Shown: positions 50,508 to 63,101, counted from the whole stretch's first letter. The stretch is 63,841 bases of DNA, filler included, from Neolecta irregularis DAH-3 (GCA_001929475.1; 7 parts of 7 records of this genome joined end to end with filler, not necessarily neighbours in it), one strand, 5' to 3'. Made by a program: numbers and translations. Notes: generated from the letters alone by a model not told the origin.

Positions 50508-50776
50508 CAGCCCCGAGATAACAAGCATTGATTAGGGCAGGACTGGCTGGATCAGCCACTTGGTGGGTGTGGCACAGGGTAACATCGACGCATGAATGAA
50601 TGCGGGTGCCTCTGCTGTCTGTCTATTGCAGTCTGTATAAACGGATCTAGCTAGGGCGCATTCAACGCCCGCATCCAACTTCATAGTCTTTGATTCTTGT
50701 TTATAACCGGATATGGCAGCTGCACGATGGTGAGTGGTGGCTGGAGGTGGAAACCTCGGAGGTCGGTATAGCCAAG

Positions 50777-50784
50777 TGACGTCG
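50777..50784. promoter_or_regulatory. CRE-like site TGACGTCG upstream of the bZIP gene
   Basis: 7/8 match to TGACGTCA just 5' of an ATF-type gene. Confidence 0.35.
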
Positions 50785-50800
50785 TTGCCGCGCCCCGAGC

Positions 50801-52061
50801 ATGGCCGAGCAGAGAGCGGCTGATGCATACGTCCAGTTCTGGCAGCTGCAGTGTTCCTCCCTCTCCACCCGCAGCATATATCGCTACTCCACTCCTGCCC
50901 TTCTCCCAATGACGCTTTCGCATTCACTCCATCCACCGCCAAAAGACCAGCAGCAGGACTACTTTCAGCATTTTGCATCAGACCAGCCCGCCAGTGGACT
51001 CTCCACCCCAAACCACTTCGTCAACGAGTTTGGCGCTACTCTGCTGAACAACATGGCCATGGGCATGGGCACGCCGCCAGACTACAATACTGCCCTGTCC
51101 TCTGTCGAAATCCAGGCGCTCAAGACATTCAACCACCAACCAGCGCCTGCCATTAAGCCTGCCTTTGAGCGGTTGCAGAAAGACACCGCAGCTCCCCAGA
51201 ATGCGCAGACCATCGATCCCCGTAGCTTTTCCCGGCCCCAGGCTCCACTATCAGCCTATGCGTTTGCCCCGCCAATGCCCCTGCAGCGCTGGGATCCGCC
51301 TTCGCCAGAGCGTAACTGCTCTGTTATCTCTGCAAATGACCAAGGCCCGACTCCGCCTGAAAGCGCAGCCTCGTGCAACCCCTCCCCCACTCTGCCAGTG
51401 AAGTTAATAGACGCCTCCCAGGACCACGCGACGCATATACCAGTCCGCAAAATGCCCGTTGCCAAAACTAAGGCAAAACTAAAAAGAAATCCGTTAAATT
51501 CTCTGCGAACTCGCAAACGCAAAGCAGACGACATGCAGAATGAGCCCAGTCCCAAGCTCACTTCCGAAGAAGCTCAAAAGAGAGAACAGCTTCGAAGCAA
51601 GAACTGCGCAGCCGCCGCGAAATGTCGAGAAAACAAGAAACGGCAACACCAACAACTTGTGGAACGATCGCGACTTCTCGAAGAAGAGAATGCCAGACTC
51701 AGAGAAGATTATACTAAAGTAAAGCAAGCCAACATCAACCTAAAGACCATAATCATCGACCATTGTGCTCGATGTAGTGACCGGGCTCTGCATCAGCTTT
51801 TATCCACATGGGCGAGTGAGATTTCTATCCCCGAGATGAGAGCACCCTTGGAAAGACATGCTAGGAGCTCTTCAAGCACATCCACGAGCGCATCAATGCT
51901 CGGATCTCCGCATTGTATGCGCTTGTTTTGGCGTTTCGCTAACTCTTTTAGCTTTTTCTTCCACTACACTTACTCCTCGCTCAGCCACTTTTCCTTCCGA
52001 AATCCCCGGGAACCGACGGGCTAGTAAGTCGACTTTGTTCCGACGAGCTCTAATCCGATAG
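50801..52061 (+). CDS. bZIP transcription factor, ATF/CREB-like
   Basis: KREQLRSKNCAAAAKCRENKK followed by a heptad zipper ending IIDHCARC; probable intron near 51915-51950; start may be 50909. Confidence 0.85.
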
Positions 52062-52652
52062 CGATCTGCATTTCCGATTTATCTCGAAAAGAAAATATAC
52101 TCGATTGAGTTCCCGACCATCAAGCTTCGATTACGTTTGCTCGCAAAGCGATCAGGTTTTGCTTTATCTTCTCTACAGTCTTGGCGTTGAAATCTTAATT
52201 CTATTTTTGTTGTACATACCCTGTATGGTTGTGGATTGGAAAAAGTTTGAAATGTTTTTAAAACATTCAAACATTTGATTTTCAAAGTTGTGTCTTTTTC
52301 ATTTGTAATATCCCGTGTATGTACTGGGTGATTTATCGTTCAATCTTTGTGTATGACTGGAATTGCTTGTTTGCCATGTGTCGTTTATTTGGACCTAGTT
52401 GTAACTTTGCACTGTGCTGTACAAAGTCGACTATTCCTCTCGAACGTACCATTTTTAATAACATGGAGTTACATATCACGCCAGTGATAAATCTTTCGCT
52501 CGAGATTAACAGTGTGTTTGTTGTCTGAAGGGTTTCAGTTACAACTGGACGATCGTAAAAACATTCCAATAATCAACTACTCGACACATTCCCTGAATGG
52601 CTCGACTCTTCGCATCTTTTTCATTTCTCTTTCCTCCATACTTTTCCCTTAT

Positions 52653-53828
52653 ATGAGATCTTCCACACTCCTTACTTTGGTACTTCTTTGTTCGCCGTGT
52701 CTTGTGCAATCGTTCGCATTCACAGAATCCTTCCCAGCAGCAAGGCCTTCGTTCCAGAAAACATTTCAATCAAACGGTGCATGGCTAGGCGGTGATACTT
52801 CTTATAGTCTCGAAATTATACCGGGGGTCTCCGTATGGACCTTTCAAGATACTTTTGTTGCCTCGCAAAATACAACATCTCGGCGAAACTCGACTATTGT
52901 AGCAAACACCCTCGCCTTATCGTCAACAGAAAACGGCTCTTTTAGCATCAAATACTACTGGAGACAAGACGTTCTAGGAAACCAACTACCATTCTTCAAT
53001 GATTCTCTTACTCTCAGTTCAGATAAACTTTGGCCCGGACAAGCTTTCTCAATCAATAACATTTTGTATTTTCCTCTGTTTTGGAATGCCCCTTCCATCG
53101 GTGGGCTTGTAAACGTCTTACCCGTAGGAACTAAACTTGCTCGAATCCGAAATTATTGGGATGATCCAATGGATTGGAAAATCGAGTATCTGACTATCAC
53201 CAACGCTTTTAGACAGCCAGGAAATCAACCTGGCGGCGGTCTAGCCGTACATTACATCTATGGGTATATCTATATGTATGGTAAGACTCATTCTTGTGGG
53301 ATTTTGCTGATTTGTAGCTGTTATTGAAAGTGCTCAAATCTTAACTCGCCTCCCGTTTTCCGCATTCGAGACAGAGTATCCCGGCTACTTTATTGAATAT
53401 TTCACAAATCAAGATAGTTGGCGCAGGGGATTTTATCAAACTAATGCCAAACTGTTCAACTTTCCTGCATCTTCAGGGTTAACCCTTCATTGGATGGGAA
53501 ACCAATGGCTGGCTTTGTATACCGATACAACTCTCTTTCCCTCAGTTAATATCTCTGTCACAGTATCACTATCCCTAGAAAATGGATGGAGTGTTCCAAT
53601 TGAGATTTATCGCTACAAGGGAAACCATACAGATGAATTTTGCTATGGAGCAGCACAGCATTCTCAATATACAAAGAAAAATAATTCGTCGATAATGTTT
53701 ACTTATACGTGTAACGCGTTCAGATTCGTACCTTATCTTTTGGTGATAAGATCTGATCTTTGTAGGAAACCCAATTAGATGATGGAACGCGGTACTACCC
53801 GGAGCCGACCATACTGGAGGTAAAATAG
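52653..53828 (+). CDS. Secreted DUF4185/DUF5005-like beta-propeller glycoside-hydrolase-like protein, two introns
   Basis: Signal peptide; WLGGDTSYS...VWTFQDTFV; LWPG; GYIYMY; GWS.P; FCYGAAQH; FTYTCN; YYP. Confidence 0.72.
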
Positions 53829-53979
53829 CCGAGTAAACGGCCACTAAATCTGTAGATCCCGGTGGATCATATCCTCTTGAAATAACCATGCCCATTGGAT
53901 CCTCATCGTATAGTATATTACTTGATATTCTCTTTAGCTGTCTTCTGCAAAGATCGTGCATTAGATATTTCACCACCAC

Positions 53980-54248
53980 GACTATCATGGGTGGTTCTTA
54001 GAAATAATCTTCGCTGTCCCTGGCTTAGCAAATTCTCTCTACTTAGAGAATGTTTTGTTGCTGGTTTACTTTTCAATATCTTAATGCATTTGTCAGTAAT
54101 ATATATGTNNNNNNNNNNTGACTATCATGGGTGGTTCTTAGAAATAATCTTCGCTGTCCCTGGCTTAGCAAATTCTCTCTAGTTAGAGAATGTTTTGTTG
54201 CTGGTTTACTTTTCAATATCTTAATGCATTTGTCAGTAATATATATGT
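53980..54248. repeat. 129-bp duplication flanking an N10 gap (contig overlap)
   Basis: 53980-54108 matches 54120-54248 with one substitution. Confidence 0.9.
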
Positions 54249-54499
54249 AATTTTCTCATTGCTCATATTTTAAGCGATCATTTTGCCTAGAAATTTCGCT
54301 GACCAGCCGTTGGTCTAGAAGGCTGTCATTTGTCAAAGTCTTAATCATCACTGCCACTTGGTACTAGTCAGAAAGATCTCGCCCTGTCTCTAAGGGCTTA
54401 GGAATAGATATGCCCACCACATAGCAAGGCTCGGAGGGTCATTTCTCTTTAAGTTACTCTATTAGAGCAATTCCGTAGCCAACGATAAACTGATTATTT

Positions 54500-55986
54500 T
54501 CGTGGGCTCGGCTCAATTACACTCCACTAGTCCCGAAATACAGTTCTGGTTCACAAAATTGCAGGAGCTATGGCAACTGAAGGGTTAGTTGGGAGATAGA
54601 TAGTTCAAATCTGCCTCAAGTTGCTGATGCAGCGAGTTCAGTCGCAAATCAACTGGTTACTATGGTATATTATAAAATTCACTATGGTAATTGATTCACA
54701 CTAAGGGAGCGAGCCTCGATCATACGTTCGTCCCTAACCGCAGTCCCAACTTTGATGATGATCAAGGCGATGAAATATACTACGGGATGGAAATACACAA
54801 TGAGAACGGCAATCAAAAAGTTTACCCGATACCATCGACTTCCGAATTGGCCAGGCATCTACTCAGATGTCTTTTCGATCCTCAAGATATAGAGCGAGCA
54901 TATGTCCTGTTCGAGCCGAATCATTATGTTGTTTTGATGATCAACAATTTAGGCGACCTTAGTAATCTCGAGCTTTTATCGTTTGCGAGCGTTGTAAATG
55001 AGCAGATTCAAGAAGATTATGACATCAACCCCCTTCGAGTATACGTTGGAACGTTCATGACTTCTTTGTCCGGAAAGGGTGCCAGTATTACAGTTTTGAA
55101 CATATCAAAGACTATACTTGGCGATGAGAAAGTTCTAAAACTGCTTGATAAACCAGTTTCGGCTCCAGTCTGGTCTATGAGTATCGATTGGAAATGTAAA
55201 GGTGTTGTGATTGCTAAAGAACAAGATTGTCAAACAAAATGGCAGTCATCTGGATTGAAAGGTATCTGTTAATTCAAGGTTGCATGAATCTGATTTTTAT
55301 CCAGTGGATCCATCCATTTTTAAAAAGGCACTGACAGAAACCTGTTCTGCTCTCCGATTAGCAGAACCTGAGATTACGAGGTACGATACCATTGCAGGTA
55401 ATGGGGATTGTGGAGAGACTTTGACAGCTGGTGCCAATGGTAGTTCTTGACTCAAACTGCAAACTCAATCCAAGCAATTTTAAACTTAATGGAGTCCAAT
55501 ACAATTCCTCTGGATGATGCTGTAAATGGGATCAAATGCGTGGCAGATATCCTTGAAGATGCCATGGGCGGAACGAGTGGTGCACTTTACTGCATATACC
55601 TGAATGCTATGGTTGGAGCTCTTCAGTTACAGAAGCAGACTACAGCAGACATTGAGGTATTCGCTACAGCCGCAAAATCCGCTTTGGACGCACTAATCAG
55701 ATATACACCAGCAAAACCTGGAGATAAAACACTGATTGACGCATTGCATCCATTTGTATTGACTCTCCTTGAACCGAAGCAGCTGAAGGAAGCAGTTGAA
55801 GCTGCGAAGACTGGGTATGTTCTTTGACTATGAGATATTCAAACCACAGCTGAAAAAACTAAAATATTCGAAGCGAAATTCGGAAGAGCAACCTATGTTA
55901 GTAAAGACGGTACCGAGAAGATCCCGGATCCTGGTGCACTTGTCATAGCTGTACTGGTTCAAGGTTTGGCAAAAGGCCTCCTATAG
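54500..55986 (+). pseudogene. DAK1: Dihydroxyacetone kinase (Dak1-Dak2), 5'-truncated or degenerate
   Basis: VLVHKIAGA, GASLDH, GMEIHNE, INNLG, GNGDCG, MGGTSGALY, PGDKTLIDAL, FGRATYV, PDPGA; N-terminal GGGSGHEP region not found. Confidence 0.75.
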
Positions 55987-56829
55987 ATATTTCAGCCTAA
56001 AGCAAAGAGCCGATATTGCAGCGTGAAACGTCACTGTAGCATGCTCGGTCGTTCGAATATCAAAATTCGGCTTATCCCATATCTCGGAGAAGAAAACGCG
56101 TATCTTGAATATCATATAACCATGCTTGCCCCTATTGAATTCTTGTGGGATGGTAGTTCGCCGGCTTTGCGCTCAACTGATTGTCTTCACTTATGCCACA
56201 AACCCGAAGACTCATATTCTTCTCCGCCTGAACGCCAAACTGCGCATTGTGAAAGCAAATAAGATCTAGCCCCAAAGAGGTTCCACCGAATCAGGAATTA
56301 CAGAAACCCACCATCATTAATACGTTGAAACAGGAGGTTCCCAGGTTGCACTGAAATATGACTGAACCTTCAAAATGGATTTACAAATCTTTTCCAGTTT
56401 ATCCTCCTGAAACATCCGAAGCGGGATCCTTGCCGTTGAAGGGTACAGAAGGCCATTCAACCATTGTCTCGAACAGAATCTGGCCCAGTTTCAATTTCCC
56501 CAAGGCTTATTGGGTTAATTTAATGGGCCCGACGCTGTCTCAATCAGCCAAATTATTCCAAATTTCATTTGGTGCTCTTTTGACACCGTCCAGAGATGCC
56601 GATTGGCACTTGAATTTGAATTAAATCCATCAACAATTGACAAACAATTGACAAACAGTCTGATTTAGCCCAAATCACTAGCGTCAATGCAGATTGTTAT
56701 CTACGACGGAAATCCCTTACTGTTCTCCCGCACAAACCACAGGACTGGTTTTCATATTTATCATGCTGGAATCGCATGCAGGTCAAATGAAGCAGAGCTC
56801 AGCCAATCTGATGCTACCGTTGTCCATCC

Positions 56830-56929
56830 NNNNNNNNNNNNNNNNNNNNNNNNNNNNNNNNNNNNNNNNNNNNTTAATTAATTAANNNNNNNNNNNNNNN
56901 NNNNNNNNNNNNNNNNNNNNNNNNNNNNN
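56830..56929. other. Artificial scaffold linker
   Basis: N-TTAATTAATTAA-N block. Confidence 0.98.
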
Positions 56930-57230
56930 CGATTCTGCATGATTTCGTGCGAGTTTGCAGAGGAAAGTTCTGGAAGAAGAGGGATCCAGACAGTTATCAT
57001 CCAGGCAAGGAGTCTGCGATGATCACGGAGGTCTCTGGGGGAGAGGGCAGGGTAGTAGGAAGGTTTTCCGTCACGTATTACGACGAGCGAGGGAAGTGAC
57101 GTGACTCTGAATCTTGAGATGAGGATTTCTGATTTTGTTTTGAGGAGGGGTGCTCTGCGGATGAGGGAGAGACAAGTATCAAGGGCATCAAAGTCTTCAG
57201 GTGTGTCTTGGTGTTCCTGGAGAAACCGGA
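56930..57230 (-). CDS. Internal segment of the Eps1-like PDI gene, continuing across the scaffold-end overlap
   Basis: Translates TPEDFDAL...RFRVTSLPSLVVIRDGKPSYY...WIPLLPELSSANSHEIMQNR and runs in frame into ORF 59107-59487 (MQNRIVVL). Confidence 0.8.
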
Positions 57231-57283
57231 GGTTTTTGAATACTATAATTGAGTGATTCGATTGGCCATCTCAACTTCACTTG

Positions 57284-58728
57284 ATGCAAAGACCTATACT
57301 TGAGGCTATTCACATTACATCTAGACGGTCTGCGACTCAATTACATTCAAAAAGACGGCTATTTACCTCAAACGCGCAGCCCTCTTTGTCCTCCCGCTTG
57401 AACGATGTAATTCTGGGTCTCACAGCGCTAGCCGGTGCTTCATTCTTTGCATACTATGCATTTGATTCCCGAGCCGGAGTGCATAGACATGTTATTGTTC
57501 CTCTACTTCACGCTTTTACAGAACCAGAGGATGCGCACAAGATTGCTATCGATATCCTGAAATGGGGCCTTTCTCCACGAGATACAAAACCTGATTCAGA
57601 ACAATTGGCTGTACAAGTAAGATGAAATCAATCAATTCCACATTCTAAGAAATGAAGTTATGGGGGCGAAAATTATCCAACCCGATTGGCATTGCTGCTG
57701 GGTTTGATAAACACGGTGAAGCAGTTGACGGATTATTCAACCTTGGCTTTTCGTATGTCGAAGTTGGAACTGTAACTCCGGAACCACAAGTATGTTCCCG
57801 TATTTCTCTTTCTGACATCAAGCCGGGAAACGCTAAACCGAGGTATTTCAGATTACCGGTGGATAAAGCTACAATTAACCGGTACGGTTTCAATTCAGAT
57901 GGTCATCGCGTAGTCGCACAAAGACTACGCGATCGCATTCGCATTCGCACACATTTATTTCACAAATCATCTCATACAAAGAAATTAATGCCACTATCGC
58001 CAAATCCACTTGGACCACTCAACTTGTCTCGCAGTCTGCACTGTGGAAAATTACTTGGAGTGAATCTGGGAAAGAACAAGGACGGGGACGAAATTGGAGA
58101 TTATGTCCTAGGAGTTCAAAATCTCGGGCCATATGCAGACGTCTTGATTGTAAATGTGTCGAGTCCAAATACGCCTGGATTACGTCAACTTCAAAGAAAA
58201 GACACTTTAGAAAACTTGCTTGCGGCTGTTGTTGGCGAGAGGGACAAGTTGCCAGGACCACGGGTCCCTGTTTGTGTTAAAATTGCGCCAGATTTGGATA
58301 CCGAAGAGATCCAAGGAATCGCTTGTGCCGTTGAAAAATCTGGAATTGATGGAGTGATTGTGTCAAATTCAACTATACAACGACCGAGTACCCTGACACC
58401 TGGTATACATTTGTCAATTTTTTCCGCGGCTAATTTAGATCCCCATATTAATGAACAGGGTGGACTTTCTGGTCCTCCTCTTAAGCCGCTGGCTCTACAG
58501 ACGTTGCGCACGCTGCGTCGACATGTACCCGACTCAGTCGTGATTATTGGATGTGGAGGCATTTGCACTGGCAAGGACGCGATAGAGTATGCAAGGGCAG
58601 GCGCAGACTTTGTTCAAGTATACACGAGTTTTGGCTATGACGGGCCAGGATTGCCTCGCCGGCTTAAAGATGAGATTCTAGAGGAACTAGATGGCAAGAG
58701 GTGGGCAGAAATTGTGGGTCGCGCGTAA
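57284..58728 (+). CDS. URA9: Mitochondrial class-2 dihydroorotate dehydrogenase (quinone)
   Basis: Presequence and TM segment, NPIGIAAGFDKHGE, GTVTPEPQ|PGNAKPR, INRYGFNS, NLGKNK, NVSSPNTPGLR, KIAPD, GGLSG. Confidence 0.96.
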
Positions 58729-58749
58729 TGATGGTATATAAACATGAAA

Positions 58750-59514
58750 CTAGTCGAATTTGCCCGTTGTTGCACCACCCAATAAACCACCATTTGCTCC
58801 ACTCTTGCCTTTGGGAGGGGTGGCAAGAAATGTCGCGAGATTTGCCTGTAAAGTTGCGAGTTTACCTTTATAGAAGGCTATGAGCAAGGAGAATATTGCA
58901 AATAAGAGTACTAGTGTAAGCAAAGGGTGATTGTGGTAAATGTCTTGTGCAGCGTAAATTGCCGTCTCGAATCGATTTTTCATTATTTTTGGTTTGATTT
59001 TGTTTGGAGAGGATAGAATTACTTGGATCGTATCGATGATTGTTGCCTTGACGATTTCAATAGGCCCGCCCGAGGTGGTTGTATCCCAGTATCTGTGTTT
59101 CTAGGGTTAATAGAGACAGTAAAAGAAGGGTACGTCTTGTTCATTGACGACTACTTGCATTCCTAGCTGTTTGACGTGGATGCCATAAGTAGTTTGCAGC
59201 CAGCGGTCCCAAAAGACACCATCGACCCAAGCAAAGCCCACGTCTTGTTTTGGTTTTAGAACGACTTGTATGTTTTTAGCCTTTTCGATTGCCTTTTTGT
59301 TGCCCTTTGCTTCTGCCTCGGCAACTTGTTTTGCCTTTTTATCGCGTTGGTCTTGTCGTTCCGCTTTTTCTTCCGCGGCTCGAACATCTAGCCATTCGAG
59401 GGCTGTGGCTTTTAGTTCCTTTTTCGCGGCTTCAAAGTTTGGGTTTGCTTTATCAAGGGCTGCGAGGACGACGATGCGATTCTGCATGATTTCGTGCGAG
59501 TTTGCAGAGGAAAG
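58750..59514 (-). CDS. Eps1-like transmembrane thioredoxin/PDI-family protein, C-terminal part
   Basis: IVVLAALD, FAWVDGVFWDRWLQTTYGI, RYWDTT, TM segment HPLLTLVLLFAIF, C-terminal GKFD*. Confidence 0.8.
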
Positions 59515-59614
59515 NNNNNNNNNNNNNNNNNNNNNNNNNNNNNNNNNNNNNNNNNNNNTTAATTAATTAANNNNNNNNNNNNNNNNNNNNNNNNNNNNNN
59601 NNNNNNNNNNNNNN
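59515..59614. other. Artificial scaffold linker
   Basis: N-TTAATTAATTAA-N block. Confidence 0.98.
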
Positions 59615-60158
59615 CGCCCTCTATGTCTCATCTTGGGTTTGCCGTTGTGTGGGGGCGGTGGGACTTGATAGTGCCCACAACTAGGCTTTATTTCTAGCCC
59701 AAGTTAATGCGATTTAGACTGTAGATATGAATATCATTAGTCTCTATATACTCATCCTTCAAGGTCGCAATGCTAGAATATCGGTCAAGATTTTCATTAC
59801 AACCATGCCCGGTGTAACGGTGACATCAGGGAGTAGACCTGGACAGCGGCGAGGAGGAGAATAGACAACCACTCCAACACTAACACCGTCTCTGCTACAC
59901 CAAGCTTCATTTCACAATATTGCTTGCCCCACAATATCACCTTTGACAGTTTAGACCTTTTAGACCGAGTTGATCGTTAGTCTGGTCGGTCTAGAGAGAA
60001 TTATCAGGCTGTGCTGGTTTGATTAGACCGTCTATGTGGTCTAGTCTGTTGAGAACGCTGCCGCTAATGGAACGATATCGAACTTGAGGCCATTTCATTA
60101 GGCTGATTAAGTAGTCATCTTTATAAGACACCTCTGATCGGCGTCTTTCTCGTCACCA

Positions 60159-60629
60159 ATGAAGTTTTCTATTCTTCTCGTTGTCTTGCCCTTTGTCGAA
60201 TCAGGCCCTACATTATACCAATTATGGTCTGAAGACTCACTTTACAAATCAACAAGGCTAGGTCTTAGTCAAGATACCAACCATAACGATGCATACTGGT
60301 TAGTGGAGCGAGATGATACTCAAGATTTATTTTACTTGGAGGATAGTGAACTTGTGAAGTTCCCTACAGGGAATGACGGTAATAAGTTGTCGGCGCATGT
60401 CGATTTGGAAAAGGATGACCTTTTGTTTACCTATCCTGAACCGAAAGACTTTCAAGTGACTGATGCAAAGCCCAATCTTGTGCAAAATATTGGCGGGCTT
60501 TACCTCTCAGTCAATGATCAGACCGGTTTCGAGTCATGTAACGATGGCCACATTCGTCTAACCAAGAAGACCCCCGGTTGTATACCAATCGCGATACTAG
60601 TCAAATACGATGTACCACACAAGCTTTGA
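60159..60629 (+). CDS. Small secreted protein (156 aa), cell-wall-protein-like C-terminus
   Basis: Signal peptide MKFSILLVVLPFVES; upstream TATAA; C-terminal LSVN...FESC...GCIPIAI. Confidence 0.7.
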   Translation: MKFSILLVVLPFVESGPTLYQLWSEDSLYKSTRLGLSQDTNHNDAYWLVERDDTQDLFYLEDSELVKFPTGNDGNKLSAHVDLEKDDLLFTYPEPKDFQVTDAKPNLVQNIGGLYLSVNDQTGFESCNDGHIRLTKKTPGCIPIAILVKYDVPHKL

Positions 60630-60777
60630 CGAAGAGCTATCGTCATAGTTTAGCTCTGAATCGTGGTGTATGTCGAGATGAAGAACAGAGATTATATTTG
60701 TTGATGCAGATTTTGTCCGCCTATGTTGATGGCGCTTTTTGTACCGTTGGTTTACCTTGCTTATTGATCTTTACATT

Positions 60778-61007
60778 CAGTGTTGGGGACGCGGGCCTAT
60801 TGGATAATACTATTTGGGCAACCCTTCCCCTCAACTGTATCCCTATCTGCCATCCTACCTGCCTTCCTACCCGCCTTGCCTGCCCGCCTCACCAGCCAGG
60901 CTCACTAACCATAAGTCCCTCCTGTCCTGCCCGTCCTTCCCGTCCTTCCCGTCCTGCCAGTCCTTCCCGTCCCGCCCGCTCACCCTGCCTGACCTGCCTG
61001 ACCTGCC
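60778..61007. mobile_element. hAT MITE family left end, truncated by scaffold end
   Basis: CAGTGTTGGGGACG start; pyrimidine-rich CCTG/CCCG repeats; homologous to 13654-13860. Confidence 0.75.
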
Positions 61008-61107
61008 NNNNNNNNNNNNNNNNNNNNNNNNNNNNNNNNNNNNNNNNNNNNTTAATTAATTAANNNNNNNNNNNNNNNNNNNNNNNNNNNNNNNNNNNNN
61101 NNNNNNN
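61008..61107. other. Artificial scaffold linker
   Basis: N-TTAATTAATTAA-N block. Confidence 0.98.
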
Positions 61108-62571
61108 GGGGTTTCGACCGACGAAATAATGGTGATGTTGAATGTAATTTGTGTTCGACGAGGATTCCTAGTAATGGGTAGATAACTATCAATAAAACCA
61201 TTAAAACGAATAAGATAGTCAATGTCATCGGACGAGCGGCGACCGTGTTAAAAAGGAAACGACTTGCATAAGGAACCCCATTCATCTCAGCTTCAGGACT
61301 AAAGTCCTTATAAGTGGTAAGGGTAAACAAAGGAATTCCATTCATCACAGCTCCAGTACCAAATTCCTCAAAAGATGCCATGGTCAACAGTCCGTAGATG
61401 TATACTGATGGAGGAATGAACACGATCATAATCGCCCATCCGTAATCTGGTGGAGAGAAGGAGCTCTCGAGATATTTGGCCAGAAATCCACTACAAGCGA
61501 CGAAGATAACTGCCAAGATCCCCGAGGTCGTTCCCTTTTTGAAGAACGAAGAGAGGAAAAGACTGTAGGAGACCAAAACCAACAATGTGAGGACATGTAG
61601 ACTGACCAAGATAGAAGTTGGTGTGTAAGTGAACACCTTTTTCGCGAGGATGAGACCGATTGCTATATACGCTGGGAGGTATGCTAGGACGATATAAAGC
61701 CACCAACTTGTGAATCTCGCGGATCTGCGACAGCCCATTACATCCATCAGATATGTAAGACCAGCGTCGCGCTCCTGACTGACAGAGCAAACAAGGTGAT
61801 AAACTGGTCCTAAGATTCCCACAAAATAGGCAACGACGAGGAGCGTTTGAAAAATAGACATGTAACTTTCTTTATTGCGATGGACTCGTGCTTTATCGGA
61901 TTTCTCAGTAAAAGAGTATTCCTCTGGGATGGATAGTTTCTTTCCTGTAACTGCTTCTACAACAGCCGATTCTACTGCATGTTGTAGTGATAGAAGAATC
62001 GAACCTGGGCCATTATGGTTGTTTACTCCCGAATTCTGAAGAATGTAAGATAATTCGATTAATTCTCCAGAGCCAAGAATTGTATAATTGTACATGTTCT
62101 CGTTGCGGTCCAAGTTTCGGAATCTGACTGCAGCCAAACAATTTGATTCCTTTTCATTCTCGGCTAGACAATCGGCGTATACAGTTTCAGCGTCTTGCCG
62201 ACGAAGTACTTGGATCTTTGAAGGGAAATTGTCCGTTATGATATCTCCGATTTCATAAGCAAGACTGGGGTTGTTTGAAGTGTCGATTAATAAAAACTTG
62301 CCAGAGTATCGATCAAGTAACTTGTAGAGAGGTTCTATCGCCTGGGAATTTCCAACTCCATTCTCTGAGGGAGAAGAAAAAAAAACTGTCGTGAATGCGA
62401 GAAAGTAGAAGAATCCTATGACTATCAACCCAGCATCAAATCAGCCAATAGATTACCTATGGGGATTAACAGACACCGAATAACATTAACAATCCAGTGG
62501 TTTTTGAATACGAGTGCATTTTTTTTGGTCAATGCCCCAGTTTGTCTAAGAACATCACTTAGATAACCCAT
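61108..62571 (-). CDS. ABCA-subfamily ABC transporter, N-terminal membrane and extracellular domain (truncated)
   Basis: RQTGALTKKNAL N-terminus, large extracellular loop, LQHAVESA, QERDAGLTYLMDVMG, SYSLFLSSFFKK, five further TM helices. Confidence 0.85.
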
Positions 62572-62729
62572 CCTCGTTCCTTGGAGACTGGGTTAATAAA
62601 AGAGGACAGGATTTTCTGAGCTCTTAAAATAAAATCTCTCGACGCATTGGGACATCTGGATGGGGAGATCACCATATCCGGACAATCAATTCCAAATCAG
62701 AGCCGATTCTATAAACTATCTGATAAACT

Positions 62730-63101
62730 CAGTGTCGGCAATGGGCCGTGGGCTGAGACCCGTTAAAAGCTCGCGGGCTTATCCCATGGGCTTTTACGGC
62801 CATGGCCCAGGCCAAGAAAAAAGCCCGGTCCATCGGCCGAAACGGGCTTTCTCACGTGATACTAATAATACACAGCAGCCCTTCTCCCATGTCTCCTCTC
62901 CAACCGCCTTCCTACCTGCCTCGCCTGCCCGCCTCGCCGGCCTCTCCTATCTCGCCCTCCTCACACGTCTCTCCCGCTCACCCGCCTTGCACCCATGGGC
63001 CGGGCCAGACCTTTAGAAAAACCCATGGGCCGGGCATTACAAAAAGTCCTTGGGCCGGGAATTACAAAAATCCCATGGGCTTCGGCCCATTGCCAACGCT
63101 G
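62730..63101. mobile_element. 372-bp hAT-family MITE
   Basis: TIRs CAGTGTCGGCAATGGGCCG and CGGCCCATTGCCAACGCTG; repeated CCCATGGGCCGGG subterminal motifs; TSD not preserved. Confidence 0.85.

Noticed and set aside
56000-56829. Short ORFs and an 11-bp duplication (ACAATTGACAA) after the DAK gene
   Set aside because: No recognisable protein motifs or element ends.
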